A stretch of DNA of 64,000 bases from a bacterium (lineage in GTDB: Bacteria > Patescibacteriota > Minisyncoccia > Phycocordibacterales > UBA5272): positions 92,901-156,900 of the forward strand of contig JAYVHM010000001.1 in the NCBI GenBank assembly GCA_043771335.1, read 5' to 3'. The notes below the pieces were generated by a model. It was not told the DNA's origin. It ran no database searches and saw only the letters and a program-made list of their open reading frames with translations. How positions within the stretch are numbered: the stretch's first letter is position 1; every line of letters starts with the position of its first letter. Shown one piece after another: positions 19,693 through 30,816 of the stretch. The translations under genes and the position numbers were made by a program.

Positions 19693-20046
19693 CTAAACCT
19701 GATTATCTCTACGTATAAAAACTCCCGGATCACAATCACCCCATATATCTGGTTTTGATATTTCTACTTCACAAGCTGTTACATTTTTATGTATTAGTAT
19801 TTTTTTAGAAATCTCTTCTGCTAAATGTTCTAATAGCTTTTTTCCTTCGCCTTTTATAACGTCATCTATCGCAGTGCGTATATGCTCATAATTAAAAGTA
19901 TGCTTTAGATCATCGCTTTCCCCTGATTTATTACTCTCTATATCACAACTAACAGACACTACAAATCTCTGAGGTTTATAATGTTCCTCTTTGTAATAGC
20001 CATGCTTAGCTAATATTGTATAATTTTTAAGAAATATTTTATTCAT
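19693..20046 (-). CDS. Dihydroneopterin aldolase family protein (FolB/FolX-like)
   Basis: HGYYKEEHYKPQRFVVSV...DDLKHTFNYEHI matches the FolB pattern; no QueD CxxxHGH. Confidence 0.55.
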   Translation of the reverse strand: MNKIFLKNYTILAKHGYYKEEHYKPQRFVVSVSCDIESNKSGESDDLKHTFNYEHIRTAIDDVIKGEGKKLLEHLAEEISKKILIHKNVTACEVEISKPDIWGDCDPGVFIRRDNQV

Positions 20047-20058
20047 GTATTTTTATTT

Positions 20059-20787
20059 TTAATTATTATTATCAAGATCTTTCTTTTTATTACTCCTGTG
20101 GCTAATGACATAAGTCGTGACCAGTATTCCCATAATAATTATAAACTTATTCAACTCACCGATATGCATAGAAAAAATGTTTTCAAGTAAAATAACAAAT
20201 CCTATCATACCAACTATCACATACGCTGCTTTTTTAAATATTGGATGCTTATGTATAAATCTGCTAATAATCTGAGTTACAAAAAGCATGGAAATTATAC
20301 CCATTGTAACACCAACCACAACTATGTAGTAATTATGCGATAGACCCACAGCAGATACAACATTATCAATGCTAAAAATCATATCTGCAAATATAATTTG
20401 AACTACTACTCCCCAAAAAGTATAGACTTTTTTTATTTTACTTTCTTCCCCATTCTCATTTCTTTTTATATACAAGTGGTCAACAGCTAAATAAATAAGA
20501 TAAAGTCCACCAATAATTAATATCCATTTATTTTGTATTATAAGCGTAGCAAAAAATAAAGCAACTAAGCGAAGCCCTGCTCCGCCTAAAATACCTATCT
20601 TTATAGCCAATTTTCTCTCCTTTGTATTAGTCAGACCCTCAGCAAGAGAGGCATTTACGAGTGCATTGTCAATAGAAAGTAAAATTTCTATAAAAAATAA
20701 AGATACTATTACAGGTAAATAAGTAGATACAAAGTCTGCTGGTAAAAAGCTAAAAAGGTTTTGAAAAGAATTTGAAATATTATCCAT
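20059..20787 (-). CDS. TerC-family integral membrane protein
   Basis: Duplicated S-I-D-N motifs (LSIDNALV and FSIDNVVS) in a polytopic protein; start moved to MDNISNSF. Confidence 0.5.
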   Translation of the reverse strand: MDNISNSFQNLFSFLPADFVSTYLPVIVSLFFIEILLSIDNALVNASLAEGLTNTKERKLAIKIGILGGAGLRLVALFFATLIIQNKWILIIGGLYLIYLAVDHLYIKRNENGEESKIKKVYTFWGVVVQIIFADMIFSIDNVVSAVGLSHNYYIVVVGVTMGIISMLFVTQIISRFIHKHPIFKKAAYVIVGMIGFVILLENIFSMHIGELNKFIIIMGILVTTYVISHRSNKKKDLDNNN

Positions 20788-20808
20788 AAAATTAAAATTA
20801 TAAGATAT

Positions 20809-20819
20809 ATTATAACACA
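20809..20819 (-). promoter_or_regulatory. Extended -10 promoter TGTGTTATAAT between lysS and the terC-like gene
   Basis: Reverse complement of attataacaca; a second TATAAT lies 6 nt downstream. Confidence 0.4.
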
Positions 20820-20827
20820 AAAAATAA

Positions 20828-22273
20828 TTATTCTGTCTTTGGTTTTAGTAATGGGAACATCTGAGTCTCACGTATAGGTAACTCTGCAAGGAATGCAAAT
20901 AATCTATCTCCAAATCCAAATCCACATGTTGGTGGCATGCCATGCTCTAGCATCTCCACGAATTCAAAGTCTGGCATCATCGCCTCATCATCGCCGCCTT
21001 CTAATAACTTTTGTTGCTCTTCAAAATTACTTCTCTGCAATCTTGGATCATTGAGCTCACTGTAACCATTACCAACTTCTGCTCCAGCAAGTATAATTTG
21101 AAACTTTTCTACTGTATCTGGGTTTTCTTTTCTTCTTTTTGCTAGTGGTGATGTTATTGCTGGATGGTTAATGAGGAATGCTGGACCTGCAATACTTTTT
21201 CTACAATATTTCCAGAGAGTATCTAAAAGTCTCTCTCTATTACCTCCTTCGTATTTTACACTCAATTCTTTTAATTTGTCTTTTATGTCTTGCTCTGTGC
21301 TGTTCCAGACATCTATACTTGTAACTTTTTTTATCTCTTCTGCATAATCTATATATGTCCAATCAGAAGCAAGATCAAAAGTAAGACCGTTGTGAGTGAA
21401 CTCTGTTTTACCAAAAACTTCCGTCGCAATCTTTCTATATAATTCTTTTGTCAGATTCATCGCATCATTGTAATTAGCATAAGCCATGTAGAATTCACAA
21501 TTTGTAAATTCTTGCAAATGATTTGGAGATGAACCTTCATTTCTATATGCGCGACCAATCTCATAAGTCCTAGGGAATCCTGCAGCCATTAACCTCTTTT
21601 GCCATAACTCTCCTATGCTTATACGCATATAGACATCAAGATCAAAATCATTATGAAAAGTTTTAAATGGTCTAGCCTCCGCACCACCAGTAGTAGTCTC
21701 AATAGTCGGGGTCTCTACTTCTAAAAAGTTTTTTTCATCAAAATAATTTCTAACAACTTTCCAGAACTTTGCTTTTTTATAAAATAAATCCCTCTTATTT
21801 TCATCGAGAAGTATATCAAGATACCTCTTACGCATTTTCTCTTCTTCATCTACGAGGCCAGCGTATTTGTCTGGGAGAGGTAATAATGCTTTTGTTAATA
21901 ATTTTATGTCAGAAATAAGTAATGAATTCTCACCTTTTTTTGTAATATAATTATTGCCAGTAACCTGCACAAAGTCACCTCCATCAATATGTTTTTCAAA
22001 ATAATTAATACTCTCTTCGCTTTTTTCTCTTTCAAATACAATTTGCACGCTAGCTGTGCCATCAAATATCTTAGCAAAAGCTAAATTACCAAAACTTCTC
22101 GTCATCATAACTCTACCTACAAGAATATTCTGTTTGCTGTCGTCAATACTAAAATCAGTCAAAAAATCTTTTACAGTCTTTGTATATTTACTCTCACTTG
22201 GATATGCGTCTATGGCATTTTCTCCGGATATTTTATTTATTCTCTCTAATTTTAATTCGTCTATGCTTGCCAT
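20828..22273 (-). CDS. lysS: Lysine--tRNA ligase, class II
   Basis: OB anticodon-binding N-terminus and class II motifs (FLEVETP, YEIGRAYRNEG, GFGFGDRL). Confidence 0.9.
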   Translation of the reverse strand: MASIDELKLERINKISGENAIDAYPSESKYTKTVKDFLTDFSIDDSKQNILVGRVMMTRSFGNLAFAKIFDGTASVQIVFEREKSEESINYFEKHIDGGDFVQVTGNNYITKKGENSLLISDIKLLTKALLPLPDKYAGLVDEEEKMRKRYLDILLDENKRDLFYKKAKFWKVVRNYFDEKNFLEVETPTIETTTGGAEARPFKTFHNDFDLDVYMRISIGELWQKRLMAAGFPRTYEIGRAYRNEGSSPNHLQEFTNCEFYMAYANYNDAMNLTKELYRKIATEVFGKTEFTHNGLTFDLASDWTYIDYAEEIKKVTSIDVWNSTEQDIKDKLKELSVKYEGGNRERLLDTLWKYCRKSIAGPAFLINHPAITSPLAKRRKENPDTVEKFQIILAGAEVGNGYSELNDPRLQRSNFEEQQKLLEGGDDEAMMPDFEFVEMLEHGMPPTCGFGFGDRLFAFLAELPIRETQMFPLLKPKTE

Positions 22274-22350
22274 ATATTTTATATTACTATTTTAATTATT
22301 GTTTAGTTTTTCTTATTTTAATAATAACATAAATAATATAATAATAAAAA

Positions 22351-23271
22351 TTACAACTCTATGTCAAAAACAATAGGCGCATGATCTGAGCCAACAATTT
22401 TCATATCAATAAAAGCAAGGCCATCTGCCACTCCAATCAAATCTTTTTCCATAGAAGCATTTTCTATTTTATCTATTATATCCTTTGAGGCGATGGCATG
22501 GTCTAGTCTAACTTTATTGCCTCTATATACATGAGAGTAATATTCTGAGTCTTCAACTTTGAAAATATCAATCATTTCATCATCTGAATCTCTTAGTCCT
22601 CTTAAGATTTTTAATCTTTTTGAATAAGAGTCAGCATTAAAATCACCAATAGCTATTACTGATTTTTTATTATTAATGTCCTCTGAGAATATTTTTCTAA
22701 CGCCGTATGATTCAGCGAGACCAATCAATTCTCCCAGAATCTCAGAGCGTGCATATTCCACGCTATTTTTAACTTCATAATCTTCACCACTTTGTATTTT
22801 GATTCTAGAGGCTATCTGAGATTTTAAGTGCACAGCATATATATTCAAATCATTAATACTGGTTTTTATATATCCTCTTTTTTGCACTAAGTATTTGTTG
22901 ATATAAGGGGTTTCATCAATTACAAAATTAGGTATCTCCAAATCTGTTAAAAATACTTCTTCATTTTTTAATTTTTCCTTAGAGAGAATAACATTTCTTA
23001 TTCCTCTCCTGTCTGGAGTTGTTTCAAAAATACAAAACTCTGGGAAAATATTCCCATACATTTTTTTAAGTAAATCAACATCTCCAATTTCATAAAAATA
23101 AGAGATGTCTGGATTTATTTCTTTTATTTTTTTGGTAAAATAATCTAATCTTTGAGCAATAAAATTTTTACTTTCTCCTATGTCTTTTACAAAGCCTTCT
23201 TTTATAAAATAATCGTAATCATAGAAATTATAAAGATTCCAAGACAAAATTTTTATGGTTTTTGTTTTCAT
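22351..23271 (-). CDS. Endonuclease/exonuclease/phosphatase (EEP) family protein
   Basis: ILSWNLYNF, GDFNAD and GSDHAPI motifs; ATG lies 9 nt after the tRNA 3' end. Confidence 0.55.
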   Translation of the reverse strand: MKTKTIKILSWNLYNFYDYDYFIKEGFVKDIGESKNFIAQRLDYFTKKIKEINPDISYFYEIGDVDLLKKMYGNIFPEFCIFETTPDRRGIRNVILSKEKLKNEEVFLTDLEIPNFVIDETPYINKYLVQKRGYIKTSINDLNIYAVHLKSQIASRIKIQSGEDYEVKNSVEYARSEILGELIGLAESYGVRKIFSEDINNKKSVIAIGDFNADSYSKRLKILRGLRDSDDEMIDIFKVEDSEYYSHVYRGNKVRLDHAIASKDIIDKIENASMEKDLIGVADGLAFIDMKIVGSDHAPIVFDIEL

Positions 23272-23279
23272 TTTATTTG

Positions 23280-23353
23280 TGTCGATGGGTGGGATCGAAC
23301 CACCGACCTTAGCTTTATGAGTGCTATGCTCTAACCAACTGAGCTACATCGAC
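23280..23353 (-). tRNA. tRNA with CAT anticodon (Met or Ile2; elongator-like, G1-C72 paired)
   Basis: Reverse complement gives GTCGATG-TA-GCTCAGTTGGTTAGAGC-A-TAGCA-CTCATAA-AGCTA-AGGTC-GGTGGTTCGATCCCACC-CATCGAC-A. Perfect acceptor, D and T arms; the anticodon stem has one A-A mismatch; CCA not encoded. Confidence 0.7.
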
Positions 23354-23397
23354 ATAAGGTGGTGAGCAATGCAAAGCATTACCCAGACCTATCCTTG

Positions 23398-23467
23398 TTG
23401 CGGAAACTGGAATCGAACCAGTGTCCCGAGGTTATGAGCCTCGTGAGTTACCTCTACTCTATTCCGC
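23398..23467 (-). tRNA. tRNA-like gene with CAT anticodon (short D-arm; Met/fMet/Ile2 undetermined)
   Basis: Reverse complement gives GCGGAAT..GAGT-AGAGGTA-ACTC-A-CGAGG-CTCATAA-CCTCG-GGAC-ACTGGTTCGATTCCAGT-TTCCGCAA. The T-loop (TTCGATT) and anticodon arm are clean; the acceptor or D spacing is atypical and needs tRNAscan. Confidence 0.5.
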
Positions 23468-23505
23468 TATGTTTTCAAGAAAATTAATACTTTTCAAGAG
23501 CTTTC

Positions 23506-23516
23506 ATTATACCACA
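23506..23516 (-). promoter_or_regulatory. Extended -10 promoter TGTGGTATAAT for the tRNA-tRNA-EEP transcription unit
   Basis: Reverse complement of attataccaca; about 38 nt upstream of the tRNA 5' end. Confidence 0.4.
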
Positions 23517-23519
23517 AAA

Positions 23520-24830
23520 TTAAATAACTTTCAAATCCTTAAACACAGTCTCATATAATACAAAAGCTTTTCTGGCTTCTCGGCTGGTTAACTGAAAACT
23601 AAGACCTTCATGAGCTATTCTATTTCTTATTTTATGTGCCTCCCAAGCAAAATCTATAGTTTTAAAATTAGCCGATTGCAACCTCTCTCCAACACCAGAC
23701 CCTAAGTATCCAATATTTTTAAGTGCTTCATCTAAGATGTTGTCAGCCTCTATAATACCAATTCTCCATAAATCAGACACTTCGTCATTCATATATTTTG
23801 AGACGATGCCCCACCTCATATCACCTTCAAATACAAGTTCCTTAACTGTAGGCTCGAATATACCAGTGGTGCTTATGGGGTTATTATTTTCATACTTTAT
23901 ATCGTGATTAATATGATTCACCTCATCGTCTTTTGTATTATATTTTATATCTGCTTTTATATTTTTAAAATTTTCTTTATGAACTGTTTTATTATGAACA
24001 TGATCAGTGTCATGATGATTAAAACCAAAAGCGTTATGAAAAAGATGATAATAATGCTCTACATCATGATTGATCTGTGCCCACCAACGTAAAAATACAT
24101 AAGTAAAAAGAAAAAACATTATAATACTTAGCATGAGAACTATACTGGCAACAAAATCTAAAAAATTATTTTGTATAGAAAACTTTAAATCTTTACTGTT
24201 AGCATTCACTAGGGTCTGTGATTTTAATTTTGAGCTCTCTCTGTAATTAACTTTTACATTATCATCAACAGCGTCAGAAAGTCCATCATTGTCTGTATCT
24301 TTTAAGTGTGGATTAGAACCTATATAAGCCTCAAATCTGTCGCCTATGCCGTCTCCATCAGAATCTATATCATTCTCTAAAACACTACGACTACTATCTG
24401 TAGGGTAAGCATCACGACCGTCTAATACACCATCCTTGTCTTGATCTGCATTAACAGCATTCAACCCTTTGTATATTTCTTCTCCATCATAAATACCATC
24501 TTCATCTGTATCTGTGCTGTTTATATTCGTACCATGTTTTAACTCATAACTGTCTGGCACACCATCTGAATCAGTGTCAGTTGGTGATAGACCAAAAAAT
24601 TCTTTTACCTTATCAGAAAAGCTATAATCAGAACCAAAAACCTCCCTTGTCTCTGCATCTGTAAAGTTATTAAAATCTTTTGGCTTAGCGTCAAAAATAT
24701 CAAAGATACTATCTCCGTCAGAATCTTTTTTTGTATTAACACCTAAGCTAGACAAAAAATCATTTATATATTTTGTATAATCTATATTATCCACTAATAC
24801 ATTATAACAGTTGTATGTCTTTTCCGACAC
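23520..24830 (-). CDS. Membrane protein with thrombospondin-type-3-like Ca-binding repeats, a His-rich segment and a C-terminal HEPN-like domain
   Basis: Five or more DxDxDGxxD motifs (DTDSDGVPD, DTDEDGIYD, DQDKDGVLD, DIDSDGDGIGD, DTDNDGLSD). Single TM (FVASIVLMLSIIMFFLFTYVFL), His-rich HYYHLFHNAFGFNHHDTDHVHN, and C-terminal AWEAHKIRNRIAHEG (R-x4-H). Confidence 0.45.
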   Translation of the reverse strand: MSEKTYNCYNVLVDNIDYTKYINDFLSSLGVNTKKDSDGDSIFDIFDAKPKDFNNFTDAETREVFGSDYSFSDKVKEFFGLSPTDTDSDGVPDSYELKHGTNINSTDTDEDGIYDGEEIYKGLNAVNADQDKDGVLDGRDAYPTDSSRSVLENDIDSDGDGIGDRFEAYIGSNPHLKDTDNDGLSDAVDDNVKVNYRESSKLKSQTLVNANSKDLKFSIQNNFLDFVASIVLMLSIIMFFLFTYVFLRWWAQINHDVEHYYHLFHNAFGFNHHDTDHVHNKTVHKENFKNIKADIKYNTKDDEVNHINHDIKYENNNPISTTGIFEPTVKELVFEGDMRWGIVSKYMNDEVSDLWRIGIIEADNILDEALKNIGYLGSGVGERLQSANFKTIDFAWEAHKIRNRIAHEGLSFQLTSREARKAFVLYETVFKDLKVI

Positions 24831-26220
24831 TTAGTAGTTCACACTCTTGATACCAATTACCTAGAAATTGTATACCAAAACTAAGACCATCTTCTGACTT
24901 GCCTGATGGCACAGATATACCAGGAACCCCTACTATATTAGCTGGAACAGTGAATATGTCCGCCAAATACATAGAAATAGGGTCTGATTTTTCTCCGAAT
25001 CTCCAAGGAAGTATTGGGGAGGTTGGTGTTGCTACAAAATCAACATCCTTGAAAACTTTTTCAAATTCTTTTTTCAGTTGAGTTCTGGCTTGTAGAGCTT
25101 TATAATAATAAGCATCATAATAACCACTAGACAGCACATAAGTGCCGAGCAAAGATCTTCTTATTGGCTCTACTCCGAGTCCTGCACTTCTACTCTCTAC
25201 CATGTTTTCATTTGGTGTTCCAACTATTACACTTTTACCATAACGCACACCATCAAAACGGGCGAGGTTAGAGCTAACTTCTGCAAACATTAATATATAA
25301 TATACAGACAGAGCCTTTTCAATATTTTTTATTTCTATGTCTTTTGTAGCATATCCTTTTTCTTCTAATTTTTTTATAGTCTCATAAAAATTCTCTCTAA
25401 CTTTTATATCTACTCCATCACTATCTATAAATGATCTAGGGACCCCTATTACTTTTCCACTTTTTTGATTGTTTTTATTTCTAATAATTTCTTTTTCTGA
25501 TTCTTCTAATGTGGTAGCATCGTGAGCATCTTTTCCATTTATTATATTGTAAACTATTTCTACATCTTCAACGCTTTGTGCCATAGGACCCACAACATCA
25601 AGCGAAGACCCCATAGCTATCAATCCGTAACGCGAGACATCACCATAAGTTGGTTTGAGGCCTGCAACTCCACAAAAACTAGCTGGCTGCCTTATACTTC
25701 CTCCTGTATCTGTTCCTATGGATACTGGTACGCCACCATAAGCAACTACTGCAGCTGAACCTCCTGATGAACCTCCTGGAACATGATTAATGTCTAATGG
25801 GTTCATAGTTTTTTTATAAGCACTATTTTCTGTGCTGCCCCCCATTGCAAATTCGTCCATGTTCGCACGTCCGACAAGTATGGCACCTGCATCTATTAAC
25901 TTTTGCACCACTGTACTGTTGTATGTAGCTACATAGTTCTCTAACATCTTAGAACCAGCACTAGTGACTTGGCCCTTTACACACAGATTATCTTTTATTA
26001 CTATTGGCACACCGGTAATTTTTGTATAGTTACCATTAGCAAACATCTCTTCTGCTTTTTTTACTTGCTCTACAATAAATGCATTGTCATATACTTCTAA
26101 TAGAGAGTTTATTCTAGACTCATTCTCTGTTATATTTTTTAGATAGAAATCTACAACTTCTCTTATTGTAGTTTTTTTATCTAATAGATTTTGATGTATT
26201 TCTAGTATTTTTGATTTCAT
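24802..26220 (-). CDS. gatA: Glutamyl-tRNA(Gln) amidotransferase subunit A
   Basis: Amidase signature GGSSGGSAAVVA...GTDTGGSIRQPA. Confidence 0.9.
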   Translation of the reverse strand: MKSKILEIHQNLLDKKTTIREVVDFYLKNITENESRINSLLEVYDNAFIVEQVKKAEEMFANGNYTKITGVPIVIKDNLCVKGQVTSAGSKMLENYVATYNSTVVQKLIDAGAILVGRANMDEFAMGGSTENSAYKKTMNPLDINHVPGGSSGGSAAVVAYGGVPVSIGTDTGGSIRQPASFCGVAGLKPTYGDVSRYGLIAMGSSLDVVGPMAQSVEDVEIVYNIINGKDAHDATTLEESEKEIIRNKNNQKSGKVIGVPRSFIDSDGVDIKVRENFYETIKKLEEKGYATKDIEIKNIEKALSVYYILMFAEVSSNLARFDGVRYGKSVIVGTPNENMVESRSAGLGVEPIRRSLLGTYVLSSGYYDAYYYKALQARTQLKKEFEKVFKDVDFVATPTSPILPWRFGEKSDPISMYLADIFTVPANIVGVPGISVPSGKSEDGLSFGIQFLGNWYQECELLSVGKDIQLL

Positions 26221-26229
26221 ATTTTTAAT

Positions 26230-26526
26230 TTATTGTTTTATAACTTGAGCTACTTTGTAGAGATTACCTATACTGTCTGGTGCATTTTTAAGTGCGCGTG
26301 ATATATGGGAATCATCTTGATTTACAACATCCTCTCTAAAATTATTAACATGCTCTTCACGCCCATCAGTATAATCACCGAGATCAAGAGTTTGTATCTC
26401 TTGTATATAACCTAAAATACCAGATATCTCTTTTTGATATTTTTCTACTTGACCTTCTGGGATTTTGACTTTGGCTAGACCTTCGAGATACTTTATTGTT
26501 TCTGTTGTGATTTCTACTTTACTCAT
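26230..26526 (-). CDS. gatC: Glutamyl-tRNA(Gln) amidotransferase subunit C
   Basis: 98 aa, typical GatC size, sitting immediately upstream of gatA. Confidence 0.75.
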   Translation of the reverse strand: MSKVEITTETIKYLEGLAKVKIPEGQVEKYQKEISGILGYIQEIQTLDLGDYTDGREEHVNNFREDVVNQDDSHISRALKNAPDSIGNLYKVAQVIKQ

Positions 26527-26580
26527 ATTTTTAAGTTATTATTAATTATTATTTATCTATTTTTTATTATAACATAGATT

Positions 26581-28686
<2,106 letters not shown>

Positions 28687-28727
28687 TTATTTTATAAAGC
28701 TTATTCTCAGAATATTTTTATATAAAA

Positions 28728-29489
28728 TTACTGTAAATACCTAACTAAAAGTCTTTTAGTAACATACTTTCCAGTGCAAGGCACAGAAGATTCTGAAACT
28801 ATTAACTTTTTATATATATTAGATTCTAAAACAGAATATACTTTTATGTCTAAGCAGGAGCTCTTTAAATACTTTTGAAAAAAAGATAAGTTATTAGCAG
28901 CATCCAAATCCGAAACATCTTTTGCTATTTTTATCTGTGTGACTACTCCGTTATTCGCTGGCACAGCTGAATAATATCCCGCTGGTGCCGTGCTGTCATT
29001 TGCAGTGACTTTTGTAAATGAGCCGTCAGAATCTACTGCTCCAGTGGTATTATTTAATATTTTATAACCAAAACATTTTACTTGATCTATGTTAAAGAAT
29101 TTGTTCTTGTTATCGGTATTGGTAATAGTATAATCTTTTGATGAGTACCCAGCTGAAGGACTTGAATCATTTTGGTCTTTTGCTACTTGATAAGTATAAG
29201 CAGTAGATGTTGGAAATAATCCAGTTACATTGTTACCTTCTAAATCAAAATATCTAATACTGTCTTCGTGACCACTGATACATTCAAGACCTGACTCTGC
29301 CAAATTATAAGCTATAGAGTTCAAAGTATTAGAAGCTGAATTCTTGATATCTCTTATTAATAATGTGCTAATAGAGATAGAAATAAGTAATGTTGCTGCT
29401 ACAATAATCAAAGCAAGGCCCAAAGTAAAACCTCGAATCTGTAAAAAGTTTTTGTATTTTCTATTAATTTGTTTGAATATTTTTTGCAT
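28728..29489 (-). CDS. Atypical pilin-like or pseudopilin protein (no Glu5)
   Basis: N-terminal RGFTLGLALIIVAATLL hydrophobic helix after a basic leader; last gene of the pilus operon. Confidence 0.4.
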   Translation of the reverse strand: MQKIFKQINRKYKNFLQIRGFTLGLALIIVAATLLISISISTLLIRDIKNSASNTLNSIAYNLAESGLECISGHEDSIRYFDLEGNNVTGLFPTSTAYTYQVAKDQNDSSPSAGYSSKDYTITNTDNKNKFFNIDQVKCFGYKILNNTTGAVDSDGSFTKVTANDSTAPAGYYSAVPANNGVVTQIKIAKDVSDLDAANNLSFFQKYLKSSCLDIKVYSVLESNIYKKLIVSESSVPCTGKYVTKRLLVRYLQ

Positions 29490-29507
29490 AGTTTATTATT
29501 TTTATTA

Positions 29508-30173
29508 CTATCTGTATATATAATACACCAAAGTAACAGCATTAGCATCACCTGTGGCACAAGCATTTTTATTTATACATACAACTGATGTTAGACGTAT
29601 AACATTATCAATTACTTCCGTTGCTGTGGTCGGAGAAAGTAAAGTTATTTGATCTAGATTATCTATATACAATCTCCTGCTAAAGGCGGTAGGTTTTGAG
29701 GTTGATGTCTGGTCACATTTGACTATGTCATCTGGCTCTTCATATATTTTACAGCTAGATTTTTTGGTGAAAATAGGGGCTAGGCTAGTATTAGAATAAT
29801 CAAAACTAGTATCATCCAAATAACATGGGGTTCCCGGTAATGGATAAGATACGCAATCAATAGAAATATCATTTACTTTTTTGACAAAGAGATCAAAACC
29901 TTCAAAATTACCATCACATTCTGACGGACTGTTAAAGCAGAATATATCCAAAGATTTTTTATAATTAATCATCAACTCTATCTGCTCCTCAGCAAGTGAA
30001 GTAGCTGTTATTTTATTTAAAGCAAATTTTGTATATTTTGCAGATTGAGACAATAATGTTAAGGGAGCCATAATAGATATTATAATTACACTCATGGCCA
30101 TCAATGACTCTACAAAGGCTATACCCTTAATTCTTTTTGATACTATTCTTTTTTTGTTTATATAGTTTTTCAT
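29508..30173 (-). CDS. Minor type IV pilin or pseudopilin
   Basis: KG-IAFVE prepilin cleavage-like motif with Glu+5 followed by a hydrophobic helix. Confidence 0.5.
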   Translation of the reverse strand: MKNYINKKRIVSKRIKGIAFVESLMAMSVIIISIMAPLTLLSQSAKYTKFALNKITATSLAEEQIELMINYKKSLDIFCFNSPSECDGNFEGFDLFVKKVNDISIDCVSYPLPGTPCYLDDTSFDYSNTSLAPIFTKKSSCKIYEEPDDIVKCDQTSTSKPTAFSRRLYIDNLDQITLLSPTTATEVIDNVIRLTSVVCINKNACATGDANAVTLVYYIYR

Positions 30174-30181
30174 ATTTTTAA

Positions 30182-30763
30182 TTAATTTGCTACTGGTCTT
30201 TGAGATATTAGACTCTCTATAGAAAAACTGGTAGATGGAAGATTTTTTGATTTTCCTTTTACTATTATCTTCATCATTGGTTGCTGTATATTACCTGTAG
30301 AAAAATTATCAGTGCCTATTAATACGAACTTAAGCTTTGTTATTTCTATGTCGTCAGAAGTTATGCTTTGAGGTAGTGTGGGGTCAGAGTATTTTTTTAT
30401 ATTACCATTCTCTAGATAATATCCAACTCTACTCGAGCTGTTGCTGTTACCTACATTAAGATAATCAAAAGAGAGACAACTATTAGTCAAGTTAGCGCCA
30501 GGGGCAGTGCTACAAACATCGCCAGTTCCTTCGAGTGTAGAATAATACAGATTTTCAAAATTAGTTCCCTGTTTTAAATCTGAGCTAATAATATCCATAG
30601 ATAAGTATACATTCTCATATATTTTCTTAGTAACTTTTAATTTGTTGTTAAATTCTTGCAGAGAGAACAAAGCAGTAACGGCAACAAACGTCACAAAAGT
30701 AAAAAGAGTTACTGCGACTAGTGTCTCTATCAAAGTAAAACCATTGACAGCAAGGACTTTCAT
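30182..30763 (-). CDS. Type IV pilin-like protein
   Basis: MKVLAVNG-FTLIETLVAV class III signal; start moved to MKVLAV. Confidence 0.6.
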   Translation of the reverse strand: MKVLAVNGFTLIETLVAVTLFTFVTFVAVTALFSLQEFNNKLKVTKKIYENVYLSMDIISSDLKQGTNFENLYYSTLEGTGDVCSTAPGANLTNSCLSFDYLNVGNSNSSSRVGYYLENGNIKKYSDPTLPQSITSDDIEITKLKFVLIGTDNFSTGNIQQPMMKIIVKGKSKNLPSTSFSIESLISQRPVAN

Positions 30764-30816
30764 TTTAGAGTTTTTTATTTTTAAAAGATTTTTAATAGTA
30801 TACATATATTTTAAGA

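Noticed and set aside
23280-23353. Assigning the first CAT tRNA as initiator tRNA-fMet
   Set aside because: G1-C72 is base-paired and the anticodon stem lacks the three consecutive G-C pairs, so it is more consistent with elongator Met or Ile2.
24802-24830. Re-starting the TSP3/HEPN gene downstream of the embedded TGTTATAAT at about 24797..24805
   Set aside because: No in-frame ATG follows for more than 300 codons, only a GTG. The 29-nt overlap with gatA is compatible with translational coupling, so the ORF-track start was kept, with uncertainty.
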